The notes: a model not told the origin generated them from the letters alone. Shown: positions 48,346-61,699, counted from the stretch's first letter. The stretch: DNA of 64,000 nt from Octopus sinensis (GCF_006345805.1 NC_043013.1:27838001-27902000), one strand, 5' to 3'. Program-made: numbers and translations.

Positions 48346-49429
48346 TAAAAGCTGTATATCACTTCAAACAATCCATACATACATGTAGACAAAGAAAGTG
48401 TTAGGATAATTTTTGGAGAAAACAAGTGTAAAGGGAGGAAAAAAAATAAAAGAAAATACAAAAACAAATCAGACCCATATAATATAACTAGTCTCTTTTT
48501 TCTCTTTCTGCAAGTTGCCACCGCTTAGGCCTCGTAAAATGTTAGAATTTATTTTTTTGTTAATTAATCTCAGTGCAACACAAAATCATTGTGGGGAATG
48601 ATATAATTAGGGGTAATGACATTGAGCAACCCTGAGCAGGCTAATAGTGATGGTGGTGGTAGTGGAGAGGAAGCAGAGGCAGCCAGTCAAATGCACAGAT
48701 TTAACAGATCCAATATCAAAATGTTTTGTTCTATGGTTTCAGTTGAAATTCAGTATCTGATTAACATTGAAGTCATGTTCAGATCATCTGGTCTTTAAAG
48801 AGAGCTTCATGTTATAAAATGGTGTCAAAAAAAAAAAAAAAGGGATAATTATGGTTATGATACGCAACCACCATGTTATGAAATAGCTCCATGCTGTTAT
48901 AAAGGAGCTGTCCTGTTATAAAATGGGACTCGTAGTGTTGTAACATGTGGTGATGATACTGGACCATATTTTATGATAGTATCTTGTTGCTTTTAAATGA
49001 CACTATATCATCATCATCATCATCAATCATCGACATCATTTAACATCTGTTTTCCATGCTGGCATGATTTGGATGGCTTGGTGGGAGCTGGTAATGTACC
49101 AGGCTGTACCAGGCTCCATGGTCAGTTTTGGCATGGTTTCTACAGCTGGATGCCCTTCCTAATGCCAGCCACTTAACTGACTCTACTGGGTGCTTTTTAT
49201 GTGACACCATCACCAGTGCTTTTTTTATGTGGCATCAGCACCAGTGCTTTTATGTGGCACCAGCATCAACAGGGTCACCAAGCATCTTGCAAGACTAAGA
49301 ACCCTTTTTCATAAACCAATAGTGTTATAAAAAGGAACCATGATATAAAAATAAGGGTTATACAGTTATGAAATGAGAACATGTTATGAAATGGAATAAA
49401 ATGAGGTCATGCTATAGAAAAATAGCCAT

Positions 49430-49945
49430 CACAAGTTCCAATCCGCACTCCAGTGTGGTGAATTATGTGCCTCAGTGACCCTGAGGGCCATGCCAGAAGA
49501 GTGAATGTTCCCAGTATGCTTCTTGTGCTGGACAGGTCAAAGGATAGAGGCCAGATTAATATGGGCCATCTCTTTCCAGAGGTAAAAATGGGATTGCCAA
49601 GGGCATACACCTCTTTACGTAGGACCAACCCCAAATTGCATAGGGCCAACCCCTCCTACCTAGAAAAAAAAAAAGCAAAGTAACAGAAGAAGCACTAATG
49701 ACAACTCAAAAACAACAAGGCCCAGAAGGTCCTCTCTCAGGGAAACATATAATGTGATGCAGCAAAATCTGAAAGGAAGTTGTAAAGCCAACTCCCTTTT
49801 TGATCACCAAGAGAAACAGCAGGATTTCAAAATGGGAATGTAGAATTCTCCAATGGGAGAAAAGCAGAAATGGCAGCCCAGAGTCAAGAACTGGAGAAAT
49901 GTTGCTGATGGCCAATGCTCAATGAGGTGTGATTAAAGGAAATGG
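49430..49945 (+). mobile_element. Short internally deleted RTE-like non-autonomous retroelement
   Basis: An RTE-like 5' UTR segment is followed closely by an ORF-end-like NWRNVADGQCSMRCD*. It shares the motif AATATGG.CCA.CTC.TTCCAGA.GTAAAAAT and the GATGGCC.ATGC 3' end with a second copy at 15.5-15.8 kb. Confidence 0.5.
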
Positions 49946-50223
49946 ATGTTTAAATAATGGAAATACTGTCATAAATTATGAGCCTCACAGTTTGTTGTAT
50001 ATTGGGGTTAGGTGGTAATAAAAAGGGCCATGCAGGTATAAAGATGTCATTAGGAAATGTGATATTGTTTTAAAATTGGGAGCCATAATGTTTCAAAATA
50101 AGTTCATGTTGTTAAAAAAATGGGGCCTTGTGGTCCAAAAATAGGGGCCATATTGTTAAAAAGTCAGTTCACATTGTTATAAAATGAGATTTTATGGTTA
50201 TGAAAGTGAAAATCTAGCATATG

Positions 50224-50300
50224 TGGTCCCTATGAAAATAAATGGTAAAGTAAATGCAGAATAAATGGTCCCTATGAAAATAAATGGTGAAGTAAATGCA
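50224..50300. repeat. 42-bp-period tandem duplication
   Basis: TGGTCCCTATGAAAATAAATGGT.AAGTAAATGCA at 50224 and 50266. Confidence 0.9.
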
Positions 50301-51208
50301 CAGAGGCTCTCTTATAGACACATTATTGATTGTATACAGTACTGAACTGCAAACTTATGGGTCTAGAGTTCAAATCTACTGCCCCAACTTTCTGGTCTTG
50401 TACCTATGTTATTAAAGGTAGAGCATTTGTAGAAATGTGAGTGTTGGACAAAATAGCTTGTGAGGTCTTTTTTTTTATATATTGTCCATAGAACATCACT
50501 AGAAGATTGAAAAGCAAAGCCAACCTTGGTGGAATTTGAACTCAGAATGTAAAGAAGGACAAAATGCTGCTAAGAATTTTGTCTAGCATGCTAACAATTC
50601 TGCAAGCTTGCCATTTTAATAATAATAATAGGCACAAATAGGGGTTGCAATAATGGTGGAACTGCTTGAATATTCCAGATGGTGCTCGAAAACTAAGGGG
50701 TACTACCTTAGTTCATTGCTGGCACTGTAATACATCTCCAGCACTAGAAGCTGTACAAAGACAATAAATAATAATAATAATCCTTTCTACTGAAGGCACA
50801 AGACCTGAAATTTTGGAGGAGGGGACTAATTGATTACATCGACCCCAGTACTCAACTGGTACTTATTTTATTGACCCTGAAAGGTTGAAAGACAAAGTCA
50901 ACCTCAGCGGAATTTGAATTCAGAACAAAGACAAATGAAATGCACTTAAACAATTTATCCAACATGCTAATGATTCTGCCAACTTGGGGCCAGTCAATTT
51001 CATCGACCCCACTGCTCAACTGGAGCTTATTTCATCAACATTGAAAGGATGAAAGGCAAAGATGACCTCGGCAGAATTTGAACTCAGAACATAAAGATGG
51101 ATGAAATGCCGCTAAGCATTTTAACTGGCATGATAATGGTTCTGGCAGCTCACTACCTTAATAATAATAACAATGACTATGATAATAATAATAATAATAA
51201 AGTCTTAC

Positions 51209-54200
51209 CATCAAATATGTGATTTCTACAGTGTTCTCTAAGCCGTTTCATTCCTCGGCGAACTATAGTATCTGTTTGATGAGTTGCTAAATTGGGTTTT
51301 GTTGTTGAGAAAAACTCATTGATGGCTTTCTGTTTGTAGTTGTCAGCAGCAACAGTAGCAGTTAACACTTTGTTTTCAGTTTCCAAAGAACATGAAATCT
51401 GATTTTCTGGTGGAGACTTAACTACTGCATCGTTAGAACTGCTGACTTTATCAAAACAAAAGTCATCGATGGTTTTTTCATCATCCAATTTAGATTTCTG
51501 TAAACAATTCTCCGACTCTTGGTTATTGTTAAGAGTTGAAGAATTGTTGTAAGAATTCAATTTGTTAAGCGGAGGTTCATCTGAGCTTTGAGTTGCAGCC
51601 TGGCTATTTTCAGGGGAACGGTTAGAAAGAGAATCTTCTGAATAACTGCAGGTTGTTTGGTCATCCTCCTCTTCTGTTGAGGAAAAATTCTTCATAAATA
51701 CATGAGAGGGGCCATTTTTTATTAAATCATCCAAATTTTTATTTTCATTGGATTCTTGGCAGTCTGTAGGTTCAAACCTGATTTCGCTGTTGGCGATTTG
51801 GTCAGATATTTCAATGTTCTTAGATTGCACACCATGATGTGGAGTTTGTTTTTTGTCTGACATTTCAACAACAGCACCATCTACTGCAGAAGATTGTAAC
51901 AAGGTTATTTGAGAAGGTTCCTGCATCTGACTAACACAGTTATTAGTTCCACTTTCAGAAATATGATTGCTCCAAGAGCAGAGGGTAGAAGAGAGCACTT
52001 GCATATCTGATGAATGTTTAGTGGATTGATAGCTATTATCATAGGGCAGAGAAACAGGAGATGGAGACTTGCTTCCCCTCTCCTGTATACTAACAGGGAA
52101 ACTTCTATCAAGGCCACATGATAAAGATGCTTCAGAAAGTGAAGAGCTGGGTGTTGGCGCATCTTCTGAGATGTCATTTGGAACTGATGCTGTATCAGTC
52201 AGCTCTTTTTGATGAGCCATGGACGGCTTTAATGTTGCGGATAATTCGTTTCTGTGTCCTCCCGAGACATCTATACTGCTATAATCTGGAGTAACAGCAT
52301 CTAAAGAATCTTCTATTTTCCTCAAACATACCAATTTACCAGCACCATTGGTATCAACAGTTTCTTGCAAACAGGGGCTAACTAAAGAGCAAACCTCTTC
52401 AAAGTTATCTGATGTGTCAGAGTTGGTAAGTGTGTCAGCTGTTGCTTTATCCAAGTAGAAAGTGGACTCCCCCTGTATAGTTTGGTTCAACTGACTCATG
52501 TGAAGCAGCTGCTGTTGTAGGTGAACGGCTTGAAGTGGCACCGACATATTGGTGTTTCCTAAACCCCCCCAGTTTGCTGATAAACTATATATATTGCTGC
52601 TGTTCTCAAAACTGTTGCCATGATTAGGACTTAATAGCGTCGGTAGGTCCATGGCAGGGTTTAAGAATGGAGTTGCTGAGAAGTTGATTTTATTGTACTC
52701 AGTAGGTATTCCTGTACCGAGGATTTGTAACAAAGGCATCTGCATGTTGGGGACAACAACAAACTGAGCTGTTGAAAACTGAGATAAGTTGTTTGCAACA
52801 GTTGGACTTGTTTTATCTACAGTTGGTGTTCTGTTGCAATTGGATAATTTTGTGTGGATGGGGCAGTTGGTTGCACAAGAAAGTGCACTGTCTGAGTAGG
52901 CCTTCTGTGGTGCAGATTTATTTTGTATAGGAGAAACAGAGTCAGCAACGCACGCGGACTGGCACATGTTAGAAGAATTCTCTTTGATGTTTGAAACAAT
53001 GCAAGCTGTTGTACTAGTTGGCACCTGTGGACTTGTCAATAGTTTCTGGGGCTGGCTACTGGAATCTGGGGTCAGATTGTCAGAGAGCTGGGAATGAAGC
53101 ATTCCTATTTGTTGATGACTGGAGCCATTTACAGGCAGAGGACTGGCTATCAGAAGTGGGTTGGCACCAGATTGGTTACCTAAGGTTCCAACAACTTGCA
53201 TTATGGGAGAATGGTTTAGAGATGTTTGTGAGATACCAACAGCAGGAATCAGATGAGTTAGGGTGTTGGTTACAGCTGATACCATAGGTAAGGACATAGG
53301 TGGCATCGGTGCATTCATAGCAACAAAAGGAAATTGATTGTTCATGAGATTAACTCCGAGGTTTGTCAATTGGGGATTGATGCACTGAGCCATATTTGGT
53401 AAGACGTTGTTATCTAAACTAGATAACAACTTCTCAGGCAGGTCTTCTATTGCTACTTTGGTGAAATTAGGACTGTTTTCTTTTGAACAATTTTTATTTC
53501 TTTGTTGGCATTCTCCTTGCTTCACTGTGGGGTTATCTGATGTTGGTAATGGCACAGTCTGTGCAGTGCTGTCCTTGCGATTGCTGGTCACTGTTGGTAT
53601 TGTTACTTTGTGATTTGGAGATGAAAGCATCGTCTGAAATGTACCAGTAAAAGTACCAGGGGATGGTGCAGCAGATGTAGATGTTGACTGACCAATCACA
53701 CTTGAGATGGAGTTCTGCTGCAAATTGGTCAAGGCAGCTGCAGCAGCAGTGAGATTGTGTGAAAGTCCAGTGCCACCGGTAATTCCATTATTAGCAGACG
53801 TTCCAGCCTGTTGAAACAATAAGGGTGTATTCTGTCCAGGAGTAAGGCCAAAACAAGTTCCTATTGCACAGGGCAGTTTTGAGGCAGAAGTTGTTGAAAT
53901 GCTGGATGGCATAGTGTAGTTAGTAGATGTAGGAGAAAGGTTGACATTTAATTGCAAGGGCTGATTAATCTGAGGTGATCCTATAATCTGCTGCCCCAAA
54001 AGTACATTGATGGATGGAGCAGGAGGTCGTGATAGCTGGGCCCGTGCAGCAGCTGATAAAAGATTACTTGCAGGGAATTCCCCGCTGTGATTTAGAATTT
54101 GTTGTAAGCAGTTAGGTGATATACTTGATGTAGAATTGATGTTTGGACTGATTGTAAATTGTGCTAATGTTTGACAAGTGCTATTTGTTGGGTTTGCAGC

Positions 54201-55942
54201 AGTTGTTGGTACTGATGCTGATGTTGTTGTTGTTGCTTTAGACAGAATGTTTGGGCGCGTTCTTGACTTGTGTACATGTTTTAACTTTTTGTTAGCATTT
54301 TGTGTTGTCGTTGCTGCACTCACATGATTCTGATGAGATGAACTAGATTTTCCAGAGCCAGAACTGATTTTTGATTTTGAAGGACTTTTAGTGGTTGCAG
54401 ATGACATGGCTAAAGAACTGTCAGTTCCTGGCACTGAACTTGATGTAGAACATGCATTAATCACTGCACCAGATGAGTTCAGCAAAGAAGCGTTTAACAA
54501 CGAGCTGTTTTTAACAGTGTCAGGAGATTTAGTAAGAATTTCAGATTTTTCATTTGAATTAGGTGAAGATATAGATACTTTTTCCCTTGGTGATAATACT
54601 TTTGGATGATCAGCAGAAGGTGAAGAAGATGATTTGGAAGTTTTTTGTAGAACGGCTTTACATGAACTGGTTGATGAATTCTGAGGAAGTGAAGAAGAGT
54701 TGAAAACAGAAGTAGGAGATTGTTGCTCAGTATGAACCCATATGTTACCATTTGGTTCTTTCCAGTTAGTTATTCCTTGTTTATGTGGTGATCCTAGAAC
54801 TTCCTGAGCAGGCTCTACCAACTGTTCTGTTCTTGCAGATGAAGCAATAGAGCCATTTACGATTTCAGTCTGTTGAGCAAGGTAGCCAACAGGATTGTCG
54901 ATAAATGAAGCCGGTATATATTTGCTAGGAGGACTTGCTTGAGAAAGCAGTTTGTGTTTTTTGTTACATGTGCCCTTATGTTCTGATATACTATTGTATT
55001 TTTTCTTTTCTCTTTTAGAACGCATTCTTTTTACCTTACCGTTCTTAACAGTCTCTGATGCTACCGTGTCACTAACTGGAGAATACAACTGACTCAAGAT
55101 ATTGCCTGTATAAATACCATCTTGCAAAGAATTTTGTGTTATTAAAGGGGATGCAAACTTTTGGTTTCCAATTGTCTGCATGTGGAATAGCATGGAATTG
55201 GTCTGATTGAGCTGAGGATAGAAGCCAGCAGGAGTGGTGAGAACTGTATTTCCAGACAGCTGGAAGTTGAGAGCAGCAGCAGCAGCGGCAGCAGCTGCTC
55301 CAGCTTGGTTCTGATATGGAGTAAAAGCAGGATGTCCAGCAGTTAGAGGCGTAAGAGGAGATGGTTGTAGAAACAGTTGGTTCTTAAACTGATCAGATGG
55401 AAAGACAGTTTGGATAGTGAGAGGACTGGGCTGAATGCCTAACGCAGCAAATGCTGACTGACTTTGAAGATTAAGAACTGGACTTTGAATGTTGTTTGGA
55501 TGCGTATGATCTGGACTAAAGTCTAATTTACTTGAACCATGGCAGTTGAGAGAACCTACTTCATCAGTTTGATCGACTGACATAAACAGTTTTTTACATG
55601 TCTCTTTTAGTGCATCAGTCTGTAACAGAGGCTGTTGCTCACTACCGTTCTGTTGTTCACTAGTGTTCTGTTGTATCGTAATAAAAACAGGAGATTTAAT
55701 GATGTCAGCTGGAGGTGAAGTTGGCTGAGCAGTTTCAGAATTGTGATTAGAAGGTGGCTGTTGTGGAGTTGATGACTGAGAAGTAATATTGTTAACACCA
55801 GCAGTTTTATTAGCTAATACGGTTGAGTTTAAAGACGATGCCAGTTTAAGTTGGTCTCGTTCAGCTAAGAGTTGAGACACTAATATTCCATCGTATGGAC
55901 TGGGGTGACCTTTACTCTTTGATCTCTTGCGAGGTTTGGTAT
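51209..55942 (-). CDS. MBD5: MBD5/MBD6-like protein, giant internal coding exon (4734 nt, phase 1 to phase 1), S/T/Q/N-rich low-complexity region
   Basis: Contains the 1567-aa ORF of the track. The frame extends upstream to an acceptor (tttttatttcgttccag|AT ACC AAA CCT CGC AAG, giving TKPRKRSKSKGHPSPYDGILVSQLLAERD) and ends at the donor GAT G|gtaaga. It carries QQILNHSGEFPASNLLSAAARAQL (FPAS..AQL at 54033-54077), which matches my recollection of the human MBD5 motif [26 protein letters not shown]. It splices in frame to the PWWP exons. The orthology call rests on motif recall plus domain order, not a search. Confidence 0.85.
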
Positions 55943-56875
55943 CTGGAACGAAATAAAAATGACATTAATATTGAGAAGAAGAACATAGAAAAAGAAGAGA
56001 CAATGAAACAATATCAATAATAATTTCCACTGAAACTTTTCTCCTCTAAATCAGTGGATCCCCAACCATTTTTTGAACCATGGATTGGTTTCATGCAAGA
56101 ATTTTTTTGCACAGACTGGGGTGGGTAGGTGGGTGTCACATGCATAACAAAACACTATATGTGCATGCTATATAAATTAATTATTACATTTATAGTACAT
56201 ATATATATAAAACTGGCATTCCATCATTTATGACGATGAGGGTTCCAGCTGATCCGATCAATGGAACAGCCTGTTTGTGAAATTAATGTGTAAGTGTTTG
56301 AAAAAAACTCTACAGACATGCATATCCTTAAAGTAGCTTTTAGAGAGATTTAGTGTGACAGAATGTAATAAGGCCATACAACAACTCACTTTTGTCAGTT
56401 GACTGAACTGCAGCATCAAAGACACAATATGCTGTCCGGAATTGAACTCATGACTTTACAATTACAAACTGAAAACACTAACTACTAAGCCATGTGCCTT
56501 CACAATACATACACACATATATACATATAACACACACACATATATTCTTTTATTCTTTTTTTCTTTTCAGTCATTTTGATTGTGGCCATGCCACAAATCA
56601 ACCTCAGGACCTATTCTTTGTAAGCCTAGTACTTATTCTACCCATCTCTTTTTGCTGAACCACTAAGTTAACACACCAACATCGGTTGTCAAGCGATGGT
56701 GTCGGAGACAAACATAGACACACAAACATACATACATACATATATATATATATAATACAAAAATGGGACAAGAATGCAAAACATCCAGACAGACGATACA
56801 AAGAAAATAAGGATGAGTCATTCAGAGCTTTTTATCCTCAGTCGAGTTCCAGATTATCTTTGCAATTTCGGCTGG

Positions 56876-56949
<74 letters not shown>

Positions 56950-57948
56950 GATGGGCTTCTTTCAGTTTCCGTCCACAAATCCACTCACAAGTCTTTGATC
57001 GGCCTGAGGCTAAAGCAGAAGACACTTGCCCAAGGTGTCACGCAGTAGGACTGAACCTGGAACCATGTAGTTGGTAAGCAAGCTACTTACCACAGGCCAC
57101 TCCTATGCCTATATATATATTTATTTATATGTATAAAACATATATAATTCAAAAACATCTTGCAGTCTGTGATAGTCAATGAAATAGCAATTTATTCTTT
57201 CTGTAAGGCCTGGTACCAAATGATCGACAGCCTGATAGCGATTAAAGACTCTTGATCGAGATGAAAGACCGATTAGAAAAATAGGTGCACTGAGAAAAGG
57301 GGAGACAAATGTTAAAAATTTCTTTTCATCATGCCTCGCCTGGACATTGGAGTTTTGCAAGAGAAAGCAAAAATCTGTTATGTTTACATAGTTTTTAATG
57401 CAATTTTACTCTGCTTTATAGAAATCTAAAATAACAACAAGAACAAGAACAACAACAACACTTTTTCAGCTAAAGAGAGTTAATTAAGAGAAAAATTATC
57501 GTGATTTAACTTTAATAACAAGTAAACATACAACCAGTAAAAGATGAGATGCAAAAAATGAAAAAGAAAAACTCTCAGTTTTATATGTGTGTGTGTGTGT
57601 TGTGTTTGTAATACTAAATATTTTTGAGGATGCGTAGTACTTGTAATGCAAGGACACACAGACGAAACAAAAGAAGTAATATCACTCAAGTAGTCAGGTA
57701 TTTTGAACAGCACTTGCATACATGTGACGTCCGTAATGCTTAATAAAAGAATAAATAAAAAATTATGCAAAAGCAATTCTTTATTTTTTTTTTAATATAG
57801 GAATAAAGACTGCATTAAAATATTCTCAATAACTTGTGCAATTGAACAGACCTCTTAAAACGTTTTTACATTAGCAAACAAGCAGTAACTGTGTATTATA
57901 AATATTTTACTGTCGTCACCACCATCCTTATGCCCTCATAATTGCTAT

Positions 57949-57981
<33 letters not shown>

Positions 57982-58419
57982 AACAACGACCACCACCACT
58001 AACATTATCATTATAGTTGACTTTATAAAGCCAATTTTAATTCCACTAACAACATTACCATTATTCCATTAGAATAGTTGAGTAGTTAAAGTTGTGGACC
58101 ATTGCTTCAATGTTTTATTAACTTTTATTAACTCAGGCATTCAAAATTGTTTTGTACACCTCCATCTTTCTTTTCTTCACCAAGGAGACACCTCAGCACA
58201 ACCAGCTCCAAGCAATTACAGTCAAAAGAACTGACTTCACAGTCGAATGCTGGTTGCTGCAGCAACTTCAAACAAAATGTCTAAAATTGCACAGCTAATC
58301 AACTCATGATGTAAACACGATTCAACTTCTGTAAAAATATTTCCAATAACCTCCTTCTTCCTATTTGAAGACTTGAGTATGTTCTGGAAGTGAAGATGAT
58401 TTTTGTCTATTTAATTGTT

Positions 58420-58990
58420 TTACCTGTGTGTGTGACAACTATAATGTTGAACAGTCTACTGTGCAGTAAACATTACTCATAAGCCATAACCAGATCAAAT
58501 ACTAAAATCCAATAGCAATGGAATAGAGCTCCCATGTCTGGATTGGTGTTATTACTGCATGCACCAGTAATTTGGATTGCATCTCCCGAAAAGGGCCACT
58601 TGGTGGATTAGCATGGAATCACTCACAAACATGTGTTAACATCTGGCACAAAGATGTGCCACCTCCTAACCCTGCTCACAGTCACTCACAAATATATAGC
58701 ACATCTAATCCACAGATGTGCTACATGTCTCCTCTCATTGCTCTTTCTACCACTACTTCAGTGGCCTCTGCTTCCTGCAACTAGCTGGTTGGCTGATCTT
58801 GCATCCCCACTACCTGACTCATTCAACTATCCTCCTCCCATCAGCCATAGTGTGTTTACATCCTAATGCAGTCCCACACAACAATCAAGATGTCCGAAAT
58901 TTCCTCCCCTGAATGTCAACCATTTCTACATTCCTCTCTGCTCAAGGTCTTTTTTCCTGTAGTTCTGTAATTGTTTTCCAGTAAGAATAT
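58420..58990 (+). mobile_element. CR1-like LINE 3' region remnant
   Basis: Broken frames give ME*SSHVWIG (cf. MEYCSHVWGGA) and SHCSFYHYFSGLCFLQLA (cf. SLFYRYYFGRCSSELA). Confidence 0.6.
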
Positions 58991-60162
58991 TTATCACACT
59001 GACATCAATTGTCTTGGAAAGTAAGCAGAGACTTTAAAAAGAGTCCCTTCTTCTACACTAAACTATTAAAAAAGAAATAAATAAATAAAAAAACGCTGCC
59101 ATGAACAGGGACTGTAAATATGAGTTCAAGAATTGCCTTCAGCAGGAAACCTAGAACTCAGCTTTTCAAACTAACTACTCCTGTAGTTTACTGTGTCAGC
59201 TTATATTACACCTTTACAGCTAGATAGATTGAGCTAAGTTAGAGTAAAATACATTTCTTTTGTCCTAGAACACTGTACAGTGTCAATAATAAAACACAAA
59301 CCATAAATACTTCAGTTGGTAGATGCCAATAAGAAAAATACTTCTGAGACTTCAAAGGGCTTTTAAGAGTTGCAGATAAGTATTGGTCTTAAGGCATTGA
59401 AAAGACAACGAGAGATAAATCTTTTATCACAGGTAACTTTTCTTGACAGATAGATGAATTGAGCTTAGTATACAACAAATGTCCTGCCCAGAAACACAAC
59501 CGAAATTCCTGTCAAATGTCTATTGTAAAAACAATACAATAAAAGTGACAATAAAAGTGAATGTGTGTGTATGTGTATCTGTTTTAAACAGTATGATTTG
59601 ACCTCAATGTCACTTTCTAAGACTCAACACACAATTTCAAATCAGAATTTTTCACAAGTACATACAACAAAGGTATTTGTTTTTCCTTCCACAAAAATAC
59701 GTTGAAGTTAATAACCAAGGAATGTAAACAATGCTGTAACTCCTGTAACCCAAATAATCTTAAATGGAGATTAATATACAACAGGACCATTACAAGATTC
59801 AGTTGACAGGGTTATAATGCTGTTGACTTAAGGTTTGACAATTTCATATCCTTTAAACTGCTTGCTTTTGCTCTATGCCCATTCAACTCTTTTCAATTCA
59901 GTGTATTACTGTTTTAATGTCCATTTTTTCATACCAGCATGGATTGGATTGAAATTGAGGCAGATTTTCTATGGTCAGATGCCTTTCCTGTTGCCAACCC
60001 CCACTTGTTTCCAAGTAAAGTAATATTTCCCCATGAAAACCAGACATGTTTTCCTGGCATATTGGAAATGACTGACACTGCTCACACGACAGTGATATTT
60101 GCTTACAACTCTTACACAATGTTGAGGCAAGGAAACAGTAACACACACACACACACACACAA

Positions 60163-60198
<36 letters not shown>

Positions 60199-60328
60199 TA
60201 GAGGATTGCCTGGGAAGACTTGGGCATCAACCAACAGTTGGTAGATTCAGTGATGTTCATGCCACCATACCTAAGCTGACTTGAACAGACATAATTTCTG
60301 ACAATACATCCACACATAGGAGGAACCT

Positions 60329-60503
60329 TGCAGGGTGGGTCTGTGGTATGAAGCTTGCTTCCCAACCACATGTTTCTGGGTTCAGTCCCACAGTGTGGCA
60401 CCTTAGGCAAGTGTCTTCTCCTATAGCCTTGGGCTGACTAAAGCCTTCTGAGTGGATTTTGTACACAGAAACTGAAAGAAGCCCATTATATATACATACG
60501 TAC

Positions 60504-60575
<72 letters not shown>

Positions 60576-60825
60576 ATATGCTTGTTTGTCTGTGTGTCTT
60601 TGTATTTATGTTTGGTGTTTGCCCACCACCACCTCCACCACTACCACTGCTTGGCAACTGGTGTTGGTGTGTTTATGTCCCCATAACTTACTGGTTCGGC
60701 CAAAGAGACTGGTAGAATAAGTACCAGGATTTTAAAAAACAAGTACTGGGGTCGATTCATTTGATTAAAAAATTAAGACAGTGCTCCAGCATGGCAACAG
60801 TCTTAGAACTGAAACAAGTAAAAGA
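60329..60825 (+). mobile_element. SINE family B (CORE-like GGCACCTTGGGCAAGTGTCTT core) with microsatellite spacer and conserved tail
   Basis: GCTTGCTTCCCAACCACATG..GGGTTCAGTCCCAC..GGCAAGTGTCTTCT..GAAACTGAAAGAAGCC, then (TA)n, then CCCCATAACTTA..GACTGGTAGAATAAGTACCAGG. Other copies lie at about 1295-1455, 4625-5095, 7790-7950(-), 8400-8700, 9300-9663(-), 10930-11280, 39620-39750, 45361-45750, 47135-47290(-), 56950-57110(-), 62460-62600 and 63730-63870. Confidence 0.8.
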
Positions 60826-61099
60826 ATAAAAAAAATGATAGATTCTCTATAACAAATGGTAGAGGTTTCATATAACAAATGGAGAACTGTTTCATATATT
60901 AGCCATGATATGCAAATAGAATCAGAAGAAGAATCTAGTGTGCTGCCGGGATCAAACCAAACACAGCATGGTTGTAAGGTAAAGTCATGAACCACAGCCT
61001 TGTCTAGGTGTCTGCCTAGGTGTATAAATATAAGAATATTTGTATACTCCTTTGTACATATGTCAATATGCATAGCCATTTTTACATTATATATATATA

Positions 61100-61468
61100 G
61101 GAGGCGCAATGGCCCAGTGTATAGGGCAGCGGACTCGCGGTCGGAGGATCGCGGTTTCGATTCCCAGACCGGCTTGTGAGTGTTTATTGAGCGAAAACAC
61201 CTAAAGCCCACGAAGGCTCCGGCAGGGGGTGGTGATCCCTGCTGTAACTTTCACCACAACTTTCTCTCGCCTTTTCTTCTGTTTCTCTTGTACCTTATTT
61301 CAAAGGGACAGCCTTGTCACTTCTGTGTGTCACGCTGAATATCCCCGAGAACTACGTTAAGGGTACACGTGTCTGTGGAGTGCTCAGCCACTTGCACGTT
61401 AATTTCACGAGCAAGCTGTTCCGTTGATCGTATCAGCTGGACCCTCATCGTCGCAACCGACGGAGTGC
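61100..61468 (+). mobile_element. SINE family C, full length, tRNA-derived head
   Basis: GGAGGCGCAATGGCCCAGTG (A-box region) and GGTTTCGATTCCC (B box). CpG-rich and therefore young-looking. An inverted homolog lies at 43224-43602. Confidence 0.85.
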
Positions 61469-61699
61469 TCCTATATCCTATATATAATATATATAATTGA
61501 AAAATAGGATAAAATCTTTATAAGAATCTATCAAGTAGTTAGCATGAAAAATCTCATAAGGGAAAAATCCATCAATTAATCCTCTTAAATACATTTATTT
61601 ATATTAAGGGCATTACTATACATAAATGGTAGTTTTGACTGTAAGAGCCCCTCCTGTGTGAGGCATTTATGTTTAGTAATGCCCTTAATATATATATAT

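Noticed and set aside
51905-55798. Small alternative-frame and antisense ORFs inside the giant exon
   Set aside because: They are 60-90 aa, have no recognisable motifs, and are expected by chance in a long GC-richer coding exon.
55878-55880. GTG start of the 1567-aa track ORF as the true start codon
   Set aside because: The frame stays open upstream to a good acceptor at 55943-55944, so this is an internal exon and the real start lies further upstream.
58150-58400. Possible minus-strand RTE fragment or MBD5 exon
   Set aside because: There are stops in the candidate frames and only vague similarity, which is insufficient to call either.
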